Notes: generated from the letters alone by a model not told the origin. 64,000 nucleotides of DNA from Candidatus Aenigmatarchaeota archaeon (GCA_032249395.1 JAVVFY010000003.1:32001-96000), one strand, 5' to 3'; counted from the stretch's first letter, positions 37,150-49,267 are shown. Numbers and translations are program-made.

Positions 37150-40100
37150 CAAGGGCTAGCGTTTTTCTAGATGGTGAATATTTGGGTGAAATTGAAAACC
37201 CTAAAGAATTCGTAGAAAGCGTTAGAAAAATGAGAAGGGAGGGAAAAATACCACCATTTGTTAATATTGCATACCATGCTCACTTAAATGAAGTAAGAAT
37301 TTTAACTTCGCCAGGAAGAGTAGTTAGACCTCTGATAGTTGTAGAAAATGGAGTTCCAAAATTAACAAAAGATATATTAGAAAAAGTGAGAAGGGGTGAA
37401 TTGAGTTTTTCTGATCTAGTGAAAAATGGAATTATTGAGTATTTGGATGCGGAAGAGGAGGAAAATGCTTATATTGCAATAAGACCTGAAGAAGTAACCA
37501 AAGAACACACACATTTAGAAATAGATCCTGCAGTAATTCTTGGTTTTTCCGCCCAATTTGTTCCTTATCCAGAATTTAATAGGGGAGATAGAGTTAATTA
37601 TGGAGCTAAAATGGGGGATCAATCTATAGGTATATTTGCGGCAAACTTTCTTAATAGAGTTGACAGCAAATCAAGCGTATTAGTTTACCCGCAAAAGCCG
37701 CTAGTACAGACATACATACATAAAATTCTAGACTATACAGAAAACTATCCCCATGGTGTTAATGTTGTAATAGCAGTAGCCACTTATGAAGGATACAATA
37801 TTGAAGATGCTATCGTTTTAAATAAGTCTTCGGTAGAAAGAGGTATGTTTTGGAGCTATATGTATAGAACTTATGAGACGGAAGAAAAAAGATATCTTGG
37901 TGGTCAAGAAGATATAATTGGAATACCACAACCAGGAATAAGAGGTTATGGTGGTGAGGAGGAATACAAACACCTTCCAGAAGATGGGATAGTAAATCCA
38001 GAAACCGAAGTACATTCAGATCAAGTTCTTATAGGAAAAACTTCTCCTCTAAGATTCTTAGGCAAAGCCGATATATTTTTAGCAGGAATGGAAAACTTAA
38101 GAGAAACGTCTGTAAGAGTAAGGCATGGTGATAAAGGAATAGTTGATAGAGTTTATTTAACTCAAACAACCGATGGTACAAAATTAGTTAAAGTTGTTGT
38201 TAGAGACTTGAAAAAACCAGAAATAGGCGATAAATTTGCTTCTAGACATGGACAAAAAGGAGTAATAGGGTTAGTGGTTCCTCATGAAGACATGCCATTT
38301 ACAGAAAGTGGTATTGTTCCTGATATTATTTTCAATCCTCATGGACTGCCATCTAGAATGACAGTTGGTCAACTTCTAGAAATTTTAGCAGGAAAAGTAG
38401 CGGCAATATCTGGAAGATACATAGATGCCCCAGCTTTTAATCCTACCAATGAAGAAGAGTTGAAAAACGTTCTGAAGAAATTAGGATTTGAAGAAAGTGG
38501 GAAAGAGATAATGTATGATGGCAAAACGGGAAGAAAATTCGAAGCTAAGATTTTCATAGGCTGTTCTTTCTATATGAAGTTGGATCACCTAGTTTCAAAT
38601 AAACTACAATCAAGAGCAAGAGGTCCTGTAACTTTATTAACGAAACAACCAACAGAAGGTAGAAGCAAAGAAGGTGGTTTAAGATTGGGTGAAATGGAAA
38701 AGGATTGTTTATTGGCTCATGGTGCTGTGCTAACTTTAAAAGAAAGATTCGATTCAGATAGAATTATTCTACCTGTTTGTAAGAAATGTGGAATGGTAGC
38801 TGTTCACGAAAAACCAAAAAACAGATATTTCTGTCCTGTATGCAAAGATGATGCAGAAATAACAAATGTTGAGATGACTCACGCTTTCAAATTACTATTG
38901 GATGAACTAAAGAGCTTGCTAATATATCCTAAGTTGGTTATTAACGATGAAGGAAAGATAAGCAAAATAGAATTCAGTATTCTAGATCCTGATACTATAA
39001 GAAAGATGGCGTTCGCTGATATAACTAAAATTGATATCTACGATGAAGAAGGATACCCTATAGAAGGAGGTGTTATGGATCCTAGATTAGGAACAGTAGA
39101 ACCTGGAATAAGATGTAGGGTTTGTGGAGGAAATGTTGGAGAGTGTCTAGGTCATTTTGGTAAAGTAGAACTTGTAAAACCTGTTATTCATCCTCACTAT
39201 GTCAAGTTTTTGCATTTTGTATTAAAAATAACATGTAGAAAATGCGGAAAACTTTTGATAGATGAGGAGACAAAAAAGAAAGGTAAGATATCGTGGAAAG
39301 AAATAGAGAAACTTGCGTTGAAAAAATGCCCATATTGTAATACTCAACAAAAAGAAATTAAATTAATTAAGCCATACATATTTATAGAAGGTAACAAAGT
39401 ATTAAATCAGGAGGAGATTAGAGAGAGGCTAGAGAAAATACCAAATGAGGACCTGAAGATACTTAATCTTAAAATAAGACCTGAATGGTTGATTCTAACA
39501 GTACTTCCAATACCTCCAGTAACTATAAGACCATCCATAACATTAGAAACTGGAGAAAGAAGCGAAGATGACTTAACCCATAAGCTGGTAGAGATAGTAA
39601 GAATTAACGACAGGCTTAGAGAAAATTTGGAGTTGGGAGCACCACAATTCTTATTGAACGATTTATGGGAGCTTCTACAATATCATGTAGCAACTTATTT
39701 TGATAATGAATTGTCTGGAGTTCCGCCAGCGAGACATAGATCTGGTAGGGTTTTAAAAACTCTAAGCCAAAGATTGAAAACGAAAGAAGGAAGATTTAGA
39801 GGAAACCTACTTGGAAAGAGAGTTAACTTCTGTGCAAGAACAGTTATTTCCCCCGACCCTAAAATTAAAATAAATGAAGTTGGTGTTCCACAAATAATAG
39901 CTAAAGATATAACAATTCCTATAAGAGTAGATGAGAGAAATATAGAAGAGTGTAGAAAACTTGTTTTGAACGGTCCTAATTGTTGGCCTGGTGCAAACTA
40001 CGTTATTAGACCTGATGGAAAGAGAAAAAGAATCTTAGAAACAAACAAAGAGGAAATAGCAAAAGAACTTGATGTTGGTTATATAGTTGAAAGACATTTA

Positions 40101-41435
40101 ATGGACGGAGATATTGTTATTTTTAACAGACAGCCAAGCCTGCATAGAATGAGCATGATGGCTCATAGAGTAAGAGTAATGCCATACCTAACTTTTAGAT
40201 TAAATGTAGCTGTCTGTCCGCCATACAATGCCGACTTTGATGGAGATGAGATGAACTTACATGTTCCACAAACAGAAGAAGCCAGAAGTGAAATAGATAT
40301 CCTTGCTTCGGTGGAAAAAAACATAAGAAGCCCGAGATACTCTGCTCCCATAATAGGACCAATAAGGGATGGGATAACTGGTCTATACTTGTTAACTAAA
40401 GACGGTAACAAGCTTAGCAGAAGAGATGCAATTAGATTGATAAGAAGCGTAGATACTGATGTAGAAATTCCGGAAAAGGATGAATTCACCGGTAAGGAAG
40501 TCTTTAGTATTCTACTACCTAAAGATTTCTCTATCGAATACAAAGGAAAAACAGGAATTGTAAAAATAGAAAATGGTAAACTTATAAAAGGTGAATTAGA
40601 AAAAAACGGAATAAGCGCGGACGGAGGAAAAATAATAGACAAAATAGAAAAATATTATGGAAGAGTGTTCGCTAGCGAATTCATTTATAAAATTCAGCTT
40701 TTAGGGATTAACTATCTGGACATGAAAGGATTTTCTCTTGGGATTACGGATTTGAGTATAGAAAAAAGAGTAAAAGAGGAGATACAGAAGATTATAGAAC
40801 AAACAGAAAGCGATATTAATAAAATGATTGAAAAATTCAACAAAGGAGAGCTAATTCCTATGATAGGGAGAACTACCGAGGAAACTTTAGAAAATATGAT
40901 AAAAGAAAGAATAGCTATGTGTTTGAATGAAAGCATGAGTGTATTAGAAAGAGGAATTAAAGAATCTCCAGCTTTAGATATGGTAAAATGCGGTGCTAGA
41001 GGAAGTTTAGTAAATCTCTTACAAATAGTTGGGTTAATTGGTCAGGAAATGATAATGGGCGAAAGAATAGAAAAAGGATATTATAAGAGGACTTTTCCTC
41101 ATTTTAAGATGAATGATATAAGTCCGGCATCCAAAGGTTTTGTTGCGCATGCTTTTAAAGATGGTTTAAACGTATTTGAATTCTACTTCGATAATATGAA
41201 CTCCAGAGAAAGTCTTATGGATAAAAGTTTAAAAACAAGGCACTCTGGTTATATGGAGAGAAGATTAGTCGGCGCTCTTCAAGATTTAAAAATCGCATAC
41301 GACGGAACAATAAGAGACGCCGCAAATAGAATAATTCAATTCGTTCCATTCGAGGATGGTCTAGACCCATCGAAAATTACTAGAGAAGGAATAAATGTTA
41401 GAGAAATAGCAAGGAGGATCTTCAATGCTTCCTAA
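37146..41435 (+). CDS. Fused RNA polymerase subunit Rpo2C-Rpo1N (B'-A')
   Basis: The first ~600 aa carry B' motifs ([31 protein letters not shown]). The remainder carries A' motifs ([38 protein letters not shown]). There is no stop and no in-frame Met at the junction (~38940). Confidence 0.93.
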   Translation: MTRASVFLDGEYLGEIENPKEFVESVRKMRREGKIPPFVNIAYHAHLNEVRILTSPGRVVRPLIVVENGVPKLTKDILEKVRRGELSFSDLVKNGIIEYLDAEEEENAYIAIRPEEVTKEHTHLEIDPAVILGFSAQFVPYPEFNRGDRVNYGAKMGDQSIGIFAANFLNRVDSKSSVLVYPQKPLVQTYIHKILDYTENYPHGVNVVIAVATYEGYNIEDAIVLNKSSVERGMFWSYMYRTYETEEKRYLGGQEDIIGIPQPGIRGYGGEEEYKHLPEDGIVNPETEVHSDQVLIGKTSPLRFLGKADIFLAGMENLRETSVRVRHGDKGIVDRVYLTQTTDGTKLVKVVVRDLKKPEIGDKFASRHGQKGVIGLVVPHEDMPFTESGIVPDIIFNPHGLPSRMTVGQLLEILAGKVAAISGRYIDAPAFNPTNEEELKNVLKKLGFEESGKEIMYDGKTGRKFEAKIFIGCSFYMKLDHLVSNKLQSRARGPVTLLTKQPTEGRSKEGGLRLGEMEKDCLLAHGAVLTLKERFDSDRIILPVCKKCGMVAVHEKPKNRYFCPVCKDDAEITNVEMTHAFKLLLDELKSLLIYPKLVINDEGKISKIEFSILDPDTIRKMAFADITKIDIYDEEGYPIEGGVMDPRLGTVEPGIRCRVCGGNVGECLGHFGKVELVKPVIHPHYVKFLHFVLKITCRKCGKLLIDEETKKKGKISWKEIEKLALKKCPYCNTQQKEIKLIKPYIFIEGNKVLNQEEIRERLEKIPNEDLKILNLKIRPEWLILTVLPIPPVTIRPSITLETGERSEDDLTHKLVEIVRINDRLRENLELGAPQFLLNDLWELLQYHVATYFDNELSGVPPARHRSGRVLKTLSQRLKTKEGRFRGNLLGKRVNFCARTVISPDPKIKINEVGVPQIIAKDITIPIRVDERNIEECRKLVLNGPNCWPGANYVIRPDGKRKRILETNKEEIAKELDVGYIVERHLMDGDIVIFNRQPSLHRMSMMAHRVRVMPYLTFRLNVAVCPPYNADFDGDEMNLHVPQTEEARSEIDILASVEKNIRSPRYSAPIIGPIRDGITGLYLLTKDGNKLSRRDAIRLIRSVDTDVEIPEKDEFTGKEVFSILLPKDFSIEYKGKTGIVKIENGKLIKGELEKNGISADGGKIIDKIEKYYGRVFASEFIYKIQLLGINYLDMKGFSLGITDLSIEKRVKEEIQKIIEQTESDINKMIEKFNKGELIPMIGRTTEETLENMIKERIAMCLNESMSVLERGIKESPALDMVKCGARGSLVNLLQIVGLIGQEMIMGERIEKGYYKRTFPHFKMNDISPASKGFVAHAFKDGLNVFEFYFDNMNSRESLMDKSLKTRHSGYMERRLVGALQDLKIAYDGTIRDAANRIIQFVPFEDGLDPSKITREGINVREIARRIFNAS

Positions 41436-42561
41436 AAAGATTTTAGAAGAGGTGGAAAAGGTCTCTAAAGAACTAAAACTTAATGAAGAAGATAAAAATA
41501 AATTGATAAAAGAAGTGGAAAAAGAATACCTTAATATGATGGCCGAACCTGGTGAAGCTGTAGGTATTTTGGCTGCTCAAAGTATTTCTGAACCAGCTAC
41601 TCAACTTACCATGAGAACTTATCACCTTGCTGGAGCTGCAGGAGTTAAGATTACATTTGGTTTACCAAGACTGATAGAGATATTCGATGCAAAAAGAAAC
41701 ATAGAAACCCCGATGATGACGATATATTTGAAAAAAGAATTTAACACTAAGGAAGAGGCGGAAAAAGTGGCATTTAAAATAGTTGAGAAGAGAGTTATAG
41801 ACCTATCTAGTTATATATCAATGGATATAGGAGAAACTTCCATTATTGTAGAACCTTCTGACAAAAGAAAAGCGGAAAAGATAGAAACGGCAATAAAAGA
41901 ATATTTAGGTAAGAAAGCAGAAGTAAGCACTAAAGAAGGCAAAATAATTGTTCGAGTCAAAGAGAAGGAAGTAAGTCTTTCAGATTTACAAAAAATAAAA
42001 GAAGATATCTGCAATATCGTTGTAGAGGGTATTCCTGGAGTAACAGCAGTAATAGTTAAAAAAGAAGGAGACGAATGGATTTTGCAAACTGTTGGATCAA
42101 ATCTAAAAGAAGTATTGAAACTCCCCGAAGTAAATGAACATAAAACGATATCTAACGACATTTTTGAGGTTTATGAAATTTTTGGAATTGAAGCAGCTAG
42201 AAATGTCATAATAAAAGAAGCTTACAAGACTATGCAAGAACAAGGATTAGATACAGATATAAGATATTTGCTGCTTTTGGCAGATGTGATGATATGGAGT
42301 GGAGAAATAAGCTCTATAGGAAGATATGGTGTGGCTGGTGCTAAGTTTTCGGTACTTTCAAGAGCTGCGTTTGAAGAAACAATAAAACATCTAATTAGAG
42401 CATCGATAAGAAATGAAGTTGATGAATTTAAAGGTTTGTTCGAAAATGTTATGATAGGTCAACCGGCACCAGTAGGTACTGGTATGTTTGAGCTATTAGT
42501 TAGAGGGGGAGAAGAAAATGAAAGTGGAGGAGATGGTGAAAAAAGCATTAAAGGAGAATAG
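41425..42561 (+). CDS. rpoA2: RNA polymerase subunit Rpo1C (A'')
   Basis: [58 protein letters not shown]. Confidence 0.95.
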   Translation: MLPKKILEEVEKVSKELKLNEEDKNKLIKEVEKEYLNMMAEPGEAVGILAAQSISEPATQLTMRTYHLAGAAGVKITFGLPRLIEIFDAKRNIETPMMTIYLKKEFNTKEEAEKVAFKIVEKRVIDLSSYISMDIGETSIIVEPSDKRKAEKIETAIKEYLGKKAEVSTKEGKIIVRVKEKEVSLSDLQKIKEDICNIVVEGIPGVTAVIVKKEGDEWILQTVGSNLKEVLKLPEVNEHKTISNDIFEVYEIFGIEAARNVIIKEAYKTMQEQGLDTDIRYLLLLADVMIWSGEISSIGRYGVAGAKFSVLSRAAFEETIKHLIRASIRNEVDEFKGLFENVMIGQPAPVGTGMFELLVRGGEENESGGDGEKSIKGE

Positions 42562-42772
42562 AATAATCTTCGGTTATAGAGAATCATTAAAATACATAAG
42601 GAATAACACTCCAGAAGTCGTCATAATTGCTAAAAATGCGCCAGAGAAAATAAGAAAAGTTATACTAAATAGTAATGTTAAGTTTATCATTTTTGAAGGG
42701 AGCAGCAAAGAGTTGGGCACTATTTGTGGCAGGCCACATCCTATAACGACAATAGTAATAAGGGGAAATTGA
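42518..42772 (+). CDS. rpl30e: Ribosomal protein eL30
   Basis: [30 protein letters not shown]; canonical position after rpoA''. Confidence 0.9.
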   Translation: MKVEEMVKKALKENRIIFGYRESLKYIRNNTPEVVIIAKNAPEKIRKVILNSNVKFIIFEGSSKELGTICGRPHPITTIVIRGN

Positions 42773-42773
42773 A

Positions 42774-43187
42774 ATGAAGATAACTTTTGATACAGAAACA
42801 ATTAAAACCATTAATCTATTTGAAACTATTAACAAAGCTAGTGTTAAAGATTGCATAATTATGGATGATAGAATATACTTCTTAATAGATGAGGGAGAAT
42901 CAAAAAAAATAAAAGAAAATGGCAATTTAGTAAGAAACCTGGAAAAGATGCTAAAAAAGAAAATAATAATTTTTGAATATTCCAAAGACTTATCGACATT
43001 TCTAAAAAACTCAATAAAGGGTGTTCGTGAAATAAAAATAAGAAATGAAAAAGAAGAGAAAATAGTGGAAATAAGTGTTGATAACTATCTAAAAAGTATA
43101 GTAATAGGTAAGGATGGTAAAAACATAAAAGCTTTAAGACAAATTTTGAAAAGAAACTATAACATAGATAATTTGGTGATAAGGTAA
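42774..43187 (+). CDS. nusA: Archaeal NusA-like KH protein
   Basis: [25 protein letters not shown] motif; synteny. Confidence 0.9.
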   Translation: MKITFDTETIKTINLFETINKASVKDCIIMDDRIYFLIDEGESKKIKENGNLVRNLEKMLKKKIIIFEYSKDLSTFLKNSIKGVREIKIRNEKEEKIVEISVDNYLKSIVIGKDGKNIKALRQILKRNYNIDNLVIR

Positions 43188-43609
43188 TGCCTGGAGAATT
43201 TGCTGGTAGAAAATTAAAGCAAAGAAGAAAAAAGTTCAGATGGTCTAGCGAAGCATATAAAAGAAGAGTTTTGCAGCTATGGAAAAAAGATCCGCTAGAG
43301 GGAGCTCCCATGGCTAGAGGAATAGTTATAGAAAAGAGAGCTGTAGAGCAAAGAAAACCGGCTTCCGGTTTAACGAAATGTGTTAGGGTCCAATTGATTA
43401 AAAACAACATACAAGTTACTGCCCATGTTCCAGGAGTTGGAGCAATTGATAAGATTAGTGAACACGATGAAGTATTAATAGAAAAAGTTGGTGGAGGCCA
43501 AGGAGGATCAAAAGGTAGTATGGTAGGTATAAAATATAGAGTTATTGCTGTTAATGGAGTCGCTCTAAGTGAAATCCTCAAAGGTAAAAAACAGAAACCT
43601 GCTAGGTAG
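43187..43609 (+). CDS. rps12: Ribosomal protein uS12 (divergent)
   Basis: [38 protein letters not shown]; synteny. Confidence 0.95.
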   Translation: MPGEFAGRKLKQRRKKFRWSSEAYKRRVLQLWKKDPLEGAPMARGIVIEKRAVEQRKPASGLTKCVRVQLIKNNIQVTAHVPGVGAIDKISEHDEVLIEKVGGGQGGSKGSMVGIKYRVIAVNGVALSEILKGKKQKPAR

Positions 43610-43614
43610 ATTTT

Positions 43615-44217
43615 ATGAGTGAGGAGATAAAACTGTTTGGCAAATGGTCTTTCGACGTTAAAATTTTAGATAAAGGACTTGAAAGATATATTAATTTAAC
43701 TCCAAAAATAGTTCCAAAATCGTGTGGTAGATATGCTAAACAACAATTTCATAAATCAAAAATGAATATTGTTGAAAGACTTATTACCCATTTAATGGTT
43801 CCAGGCCATAAAGGTAAAAAACATGTTTTAACTTCTGGAAGAGTTGTTGGAAGATGGCAAACAACCTATAAAATTGTGGAAAAAGCGTTTGATAAAATAT
43901 ACGAAATTACAAAGAAAAATCCTTTAGAGATTTTTGTTAGAGCTATAGAAAACGCTGCTATTAGAGAAGAAATTGCTGCTTATCAAGTTGGTGGAATAAT
44001 AGTTAGAAAAGCTGTAGTTACCTCTCCTCAAAGAAGAGTTGATTTAGCTCTAAGGCATATAGCGCAAGCGGCATATAGGAAGGCTTTTGGAAAAAAAGCA
44101 AATATGGTTGATGCGTTAGTTGAAGAAATTATTGGCGCTTATGAAAATAATCCAACAAAAAGTGAAGCTATAAGAGAAAAAGAGAGAATAGAAAAAGAAG
44201 CAGAGGGAGCAAGATAG
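43615..44217 (+). CDS. rps7: Ribosomal protein uS7
   Basis: KLFGKW, NIVERL, NPLEIFVRAIENAA, SPQRRVDLALR. Confidence 0.95.
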   Translation: MSEEIKLFGKWSFDVKILDKGLERYINLTPKIVPKSCGRYAKQQFHKSKMNIVERLITHLMVPGHKGKKHVLTSGRVVGRWQTTYKIVEKAFDKIYEITKKNPLEIFVRAIENAAIREEIAAYQVGGIIVRKAVVTSPQRRVDLALRHIAQAAYRKAFGKKANMVDALVEEIIGAYENNPTKSEAIREKERIEKEAEGAR

Positions 44218-44250
44218 ATTTGATTATTTTTAAGAAAGGGGTGGATATTT

Positions 44251-47200
44251 ATGACTATGAAAAAAGAGATGATTGAAAGAATCAAAGAATGTATGAAGCA
44301 TCCGGAGAGAATAAGAAACGTTGCTACTAGTTCTCACGTTCACCATGGAAAATGTGTAAGTGGCGATACATTGATATTCCTAGAAGATAAAACCCTAACT
44401 GCAAAAGAACTTTTTGAGATAGCAAAAAAAGACGGCGTACTTTTAAAGAAGGATTTAGAGGAAATTTATAAACTTGCAGAACCTATAAGTGTACTAACCT
44501 ATAAGGACGGAGTAATTTCAAGAGGATTAATAACTCATGCATGGAAGATTAAGAATTTTGATAAATTGATAGAAGTTGAAACAAACGATGGGAGGAGAAT
44601 TAAAGTTACGCCAGAACATAAATTTTTGATTTTTAAGAACGGAAAAATATATGAAAAAGAGGCGAGAGATTTAAACAGGGGAGAGATTTTAGTTTTACCA
44701 AATGTTATTCCTTCAAAATCTATAGACCTAAAAGAGATTAAAACTTACTTTCTAAAGAAATTATCCGAAGATTATTCTTTTCTGGCTTACGTTAGCGATA
44801 ATTTAAAGAAAAAACTCCACAAGATTGTCATAGAGTATGGAAGAATGAAAATTCACAAAGAAATAAAAAGCAAAATAAAGCCTCTTTCCTTTTATCATGG
44901 TGTGTGGGGAGGCAGATACAGAATTTCCGACTTAATAAAGTTGGCAGAGAAATTCCAAGTTGATTTATCAGAAGTTTACGATAACATCGAATTCATTTCC
45001 TATAGAAAAGGAATAAAAAGATACGGTTCGAGAACCTCTATCAAATTAAAACTTCCTAAAAATGAAAAAGAATTTATTGAGTTCTTCTATTTACTTGGTC
45101 TTTTGTTTGGAGACGGAAGTGTAAATTTAACGTTTGATAACAATAATCCAAAACTTTTAGAAAAGGTTGTTAAAATCTGTAGAGAAATTCTTGGAACATC
45201 TCCAGTACTTAAAAAGTATAAAAATAAGTGTCCACGAGTTTATTTGAATGGCGGATTTACATTAAAGTTTTTCCTCAATAAAGTGTTTGATTATCCGTTG
45301 AAGTCAAAAGCCAAAAATCTCAGAATTCCTTGTATTTTATTCAATTTGCCACTTCATTTCATTTCAAGTTTCATAAGAGGATACTTTGATACAGATGGTT
45401 CTGTGCATCAAACCGTCTACCTTTCTTCGGCAAGTAGAGAAGTATTAGAAGGCATAAAACTTTTGCTATTAAGGTTTGGATGTCACTCTTATATAAGAGA
45501 GAAAATTGCAAGTATTAAAGATAGAAAATATAGAGAATTTGTATTACACATTTCTGGAAGGATTGACCTCGAAAGATTTATTCATTTTATAGGTTTTGGA
45601 GTAGATTACAAACAAAAAAAGCTTGAAAGGCTCCACTTGAATGCTTCTTTTAGCAAAGTTTTTGATACAATTAAAATAGAGCTACCATTCATAAAGATGG
45701 TTGAAAATCAAATAGCTCTTTTACCTGTGGTTAATGTTAGAGAAGTTTATGGTGAGGATTTTGTTTATGATTTTACAGTTGAAGAAACACATAACTTCCT
45801 TGCAAATGGCTTCTTCATTCATAATACAACTCTAACTGACAACCTAATGGCTGGGGCCGGAATGCTAGCAGAAGAGATGGCTGGTAAAGTGATGTATACC
45901 TGGTTTGATCCGGAGGAAAGAAAGAGACAATTGACTGTTTATGGAGCAAACGTTAGCATGGTACACGAATATGAAGGTCAAGACTATTTGATAAATTTGC
46001 TAGATACTCCTGGTCACGTAGATTTTGGTGGCGACGTTACAAAAGCTATGAGAGCTGCAGATGGAACAATAGTTTTAGTAGATGCAGTAGAAGGAGTAAT
46101 GCCACAAACCGAAACTGTATTTAGACAGGCTTTAAGAGAGTATGTTAAACCAGTATTATTTATTAATAAAACTGACAGACTGATAAAGGAATTAAAGTTA
46201 ACTCCAGAACAAATGATGGAAAGATTTGAAAGAATAATAAAGGATGTTAATGGATTGATTGACAAATATTGTCCACCAGAATTCAAAGGAAAATGGTATG
46301 TTAGTGTAAAAGATGGTAGCGTAGCTATTGGTAGTGCTTTCAAAAGATGGGCAATTTCTATTCCTTATTTACAAAAAAGCGGAGTAACTTTGAAAGAAGT
46401 TATTCAACTAACATTAGAAGGAAAAGAAGAAGAATTAGCTAAAAAGGCTCCTTTACATCAAGTTGTTTTGGATATGATTATTAGACATCTTCCTTCTCCT
46501 GTAGAAGCACAAAAATATAGAATTCCAAAAATTTGGAAAGGAGATATCGAAAGCGAAATTGGAAAACAGATGTTAAATTGTGATTCGAATGGAAGATTAG
46601 CCGCAATAGTAACTAAAATGATCCCAGACGAGCATGTAGGTTTTGTTGCTACAGCAAGAATATTTTCTGGTAAAATATTCAAAGGAAAAGAAATATATCT
46701 GGTAAACTCCAAAAAGAAAGAAAAAGTTCAACAGGTAGCAGTTTTCAAAGGAATAAACAGAGTTCCTGTGGATGAAGTTACCGCTGGGAACGTAGTAGCT
46801 ATTGTAGGAATACCCGAAGCTTTTACTGGAGAAACGATTTGTGATGTAGATTATACGATAGAACCATTCGCAGAAATAAAACACATTTTCGAACCAGTTG
46901 TTACAAAATCCATAGAGCCTAAAAATCCTATGGATTTACCAAAACTTGTTGATGCATTGAGAAAAATTGGAAAAGAAGATCCCACGCTAATCGTTAAGAT
47001 TAATCAGGAAACTGGAGAATATCTTGTTTCTGGCTTAGGTGAATTACACCTAGAAATTAAAGTAGAACACAAGTTGAAAGATATGGGAATCGATGTTGAG
47101 TTGTCTCCACCAATAGTAGTTTATAGAGAAACAATTCTTAAACCTTCCCCAATGGTAGAAGGAAAATCCCCAAATAAACACAACAAACTCTATTTCATTG

Positions 47201-47931
47201 TTGAACCATTAGAAGATGGTGTTTATGAAGCCATGAGAGCTGGAGAGATACCAAGCACGATTGAAGTAAAGAAGAAGAATTTGGAACTATTTCAAAAATT
47301 AGAAAAAGCTGGTATGAAAGGGGAAGATGCGAGAAACGTATTGCTTATTTACAATAAAAATGTTTTCATCGATCAAACAAAAGGAGTACAGTTCTTGTTA
47401 GAGGCAATTGAAATGATTAAAGAGGCGTTTAAAGAAGTTATGGATGATGGTCCATTAGCAAGAGAACCTTGCATGAAGCTTAAAGTAAAATTGGTAGATG
47501 CTGAATTACATGAAGATCCTGTACACAGAGGCCCTGGTCAGATAATGCCGGCTGTAAGGTACGCTATAAGACAAGCTATGTTGTTAGCAGGTGCCTTGCT
47601 ATATGAACCTAAACAAATCTTGAGAATAGATATTCCGAATGAGAATATGGGAATTGTAGTGAGGGAAATAGAAAATAGAAGAGGTAGCATTCTAGAAATG
47701 AAAGAAGAAGGAGAAACAATGACAATAATGGCAAAGATACCCGTTTCCGAGTTGTTTGGATTTGATGCAAAACTTAAATCTTTAACTAGCGGTAGGGGAT
47801 TTTATAGTCTTGTTGACATAGTTTTTGAAAAGTTACCAGACGAACTAAGAGAACAGACAATAAAATCAATAAGAAAAAGGAAAGGTCTGCCTGAAGAGAT
47901 CCCTAAAGCTGAAGCTGAGCCGGTCTCTTAG
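44251..47931 (+). CDS. fusA: Elongation factor 2 precursor containing an intein (mature ~735 aa)
   Basis: HHGK|intein|TTLTDNL, INLLDTPGHVDFGGDV, NKTD, GLGELHLE, diphthamide loop HEDPVHRGPGQ. Confidence 0.96.
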   Translation: MTMKKEMIERIKECMKHPERIRNVATSSHVHHGKCVSGDTLIFLEDKTLTAKELFEIAKKDGVLLKKDLEEIYKLAEPISVLTYKDGVISRGLITHAWKIKNFDKLIEVETNDGRRIKVTPEHKFLIFKNGKIYEKEARDLNRGEILVLPNVIPSKSIDLKEIKTYFLKKLSEDYSFLAYVSDNLKKKLHKIVIEYGRMKIHKEIKSKIKPLSFYHGVWGGRYRISDLIKLAEKFQVDLSEVYDNIEFISYRKGIKRYGSRTSIKLKLPKNEKEFIEFFYLLGLLFGDGSVNLTFDNNNPKLLEKVVKICREILGTSPVLKKYKNKCPRVYLNGGFTLKFFLNKVFDYPLKSKAKNLRIPCILFNLPLHFISSFIRGYFDTDGSVHQTVYLSSASREVLEGIKLLLLRFGCHSYIREKIASIKDRKYREFVLHISGRIDLERFIHFIGFGVDYKQKKLERLHLNASFSKVFDTIKIELPFIKMVENQIALLPVVNVREVYGEDFVYDFTVEETHNFLANGFFIHNTTLTDNLMAGAGMLAEEMAGKVMYTWFDPEERKRQLTVYGANVSMVHEYEGQDYLINLLDTPGHVDFGGDVTKAMRAADGTIVLVDAVEGVMPQTETVFRQALREYVKPVLFINKTDRLIKELKLTPEQMMERFERIIKDVNGLIDKYCPPEFKGKWYVSVKDGSVAIGSAFKRWAISIPYLQKSGVTLKEVIQLTLEGKEEELAKKAPLHQVVLDMIIRHLPSPVEAQKYRIPKIWKGDIESEIGKQMLNCDSNGRLAAIVTKMIPDEHVGFVATARIFSGKIFKGKEIYLVNSKKKEKVQQVAVFKGINRVPVDEVTAGNVVAIVGIPEAFTGETICDVDYTIEPFAEIKHIFEPVVTKSIEPKNPMDLPKLVDALRKIGKEDPTLIVKINQETGEYLVSGLGELHLEIKVEHKLKDMGIDVELSPPIVVYRETILKPSPMVEGKSPNKHNKLYFIVEPLEDGVYEAMRAGEIPSTIEVKKKNLELFQKLEKAGMKGEDARNVLLIYNKNVFIDQTKGVQFLLEAIEMIKEAFKEVMDDGPLAREPCMKLKVKLVDAELHEDPVHRGPGQIMPAVRYAIRQAMLLAGALLYEPKQILRIDIPNENMGIVVREIENRRGSILEMKEEGETMTIMAKIPVSELFGFDAKLKSLTSGRGFYSLVDIVFEKLPDELREQTIKSIRKRKGLPEEIPKAEAEPVS
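44353..45825 (+). mobile_element. Intein (491 aa) with LAGLIDADG homing endonuclease inserted in the EF-2 P-loop
   Basis: Begins CVSGDT; block B VTPEHKF; endonuclease motifs LLGLLFGDGS and FIRGYFDTDGS; ends VYDFTVEETHNFLANGFFIHN followed by Thr(+1). Confidence 0.95.
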
Positions 47932-47989
47932 ATTTTTAAATGGTTAAGTTAAGTATTTAAATTATAAAATTACAAATTTAAAAGGAGGG

Positions 47990-49267
47990 ATGAAGATGGC
48001 AAAGCCTCACATGAACATTGTAGTAATTGGTCATGTAGATCATGGTAAGTCAACAATAATTGGAAGATTGCTATATGAAAGCGGGGCCGTTAGAGAAGAA
48101 GAAATGAGAAAACTGCAAGAATTGGCAAAGGAATTTAAGATAGAGGGTGGTGAATTTGCTTATATCGTAGATAGAGAGAAAGAAGAGAGAATGAGAGGAA
48201 TGACAATTGATATCATGCATAGACCTTTCGAAACTCAAAAATATTTCTTTACTGTTATTGATGCTCCGGGACATAGAGACTTTGTTAAGAACATGATTAC
48301 TGGAGCATCCCAAGCAGATGCAGCAATACTAGTTGTTTCTGCTAGACCTGGGGAAGGTGTTCAAGAACAAACTAAAGAGCATGCGTTTTTAGCAAAAGTT
48401 CTAGGCATTAACCAATTGATTGTAGCTATTTCTAAAATGGACCTTGCAGAATACAAAAAAGAAGTATATGAAAAATTAAAAGAAGAGACAAGCAAGCTTC
48501 TAAGAAGCATTGGATATAATGTTGATAAGATACATTTCGTTCCCGTTGCCGCACAATTCGGAGAAAATATCATAAAAAGAAGCGATAAAATGCCATGGTA
48601 TAATGGGCCTACTTTAGTAGAGGCTTTAGATACTTTGCAAGTGCCTCCAAGACCTGTTGACAAACCGTTAAGAATACCGATACAAGATGTTTATTCTATT
48701 ACTGGAGTAGGAACAGTCCCTGTAGGAAAAGTTGAAAGTGGTGTTTTAAAAGTTAATGATGTTGTTGTTTTCGAACCAAGTGGAGTTAAAGGAGAAGTTA
48801 AGTCTATTGAGATGCACCATCAATCAATACCACAAGCAATGCCAGGAGATAATATTGGATTTAATGTTAGAGGAGTGAGCAAAACAGATATTAGAAGAGG
48901 AGATGTAGCTGGTCATCCGAATAATCCACCAACTGTTGCTAAAGAATTTACAGCTCAAATTGTAGTATTACAACATCCAACTGTAATAGCTCCTGGTTAT
49001 ACTCCTGTATTACACATACATACTGCAACAGTTGCAGTTAGATTTGAAGAATTAATCGCAAAAATAGATCCAAGAACAGGCAATGTTATACAAGAAAAAC
49101 CTGAATTTTTGAAAACGGGAGATGTAGCAAAAGTTAGATTAGTACCAGTAAGGCCTACTGTTATAGAAAAGCAATCAGAATTTCCAGCTTTAGGAAAGTT
49201 TGCTATAAGAGATATGGGAATCACTGTTGCTGCAGGAATAGTATTGGATGTAGTTAAGGCCAAGTAG
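47990..49267 (+). CDS. tuf: Elongation factor 1-alpha
   Basis: [59 protein letters not shown]. Confidence 0.97.
   Translation: MKMAKPHMNIVVIGHVDHGKSTIIGRLLYESGAVREEEMRKLQELAKEFKIEGGEFAYIVDREKEERMRGMTIDIMHRPFETQKYFFTVIDAPGHRDFVKNMITGASQADAAILVVSARPGEGVQEQTKEHAFLAKVLGINQLIVAISKMDLAEYKKEVYEKLKEETSKLLRSIGYNVDKIHFVPVAAQFGENIIKRSDKMPWYNGPTLVEALDTLQVPPRPVDKPLRIPIQDVYSITGVGTVPVGKVESGVLKVNDVVVFEPSGVKGEVKSIEMHHQSIPQAMPGDNIGFNVRGVSKTDIRRGDVAGHPNNPPTVAKEFTAQIVVLQHPTVIAPGYTPVLHIHTATVAVRFEELIAKIDPRTGNVIQEKPEFLKTGDVAKVRLVPVRPTVIEKQSEFPALGKFAIRDMGITVAAGIVLDVVKAK

Noticed and set aside
42859..43581. 240-aa minus-strand ORF and other antisense ORFs across the rpo/str cluster
   Set aside because: They lie antisense to clearly conserved genes (nusA, rps12, rpo, fusA, tuf).
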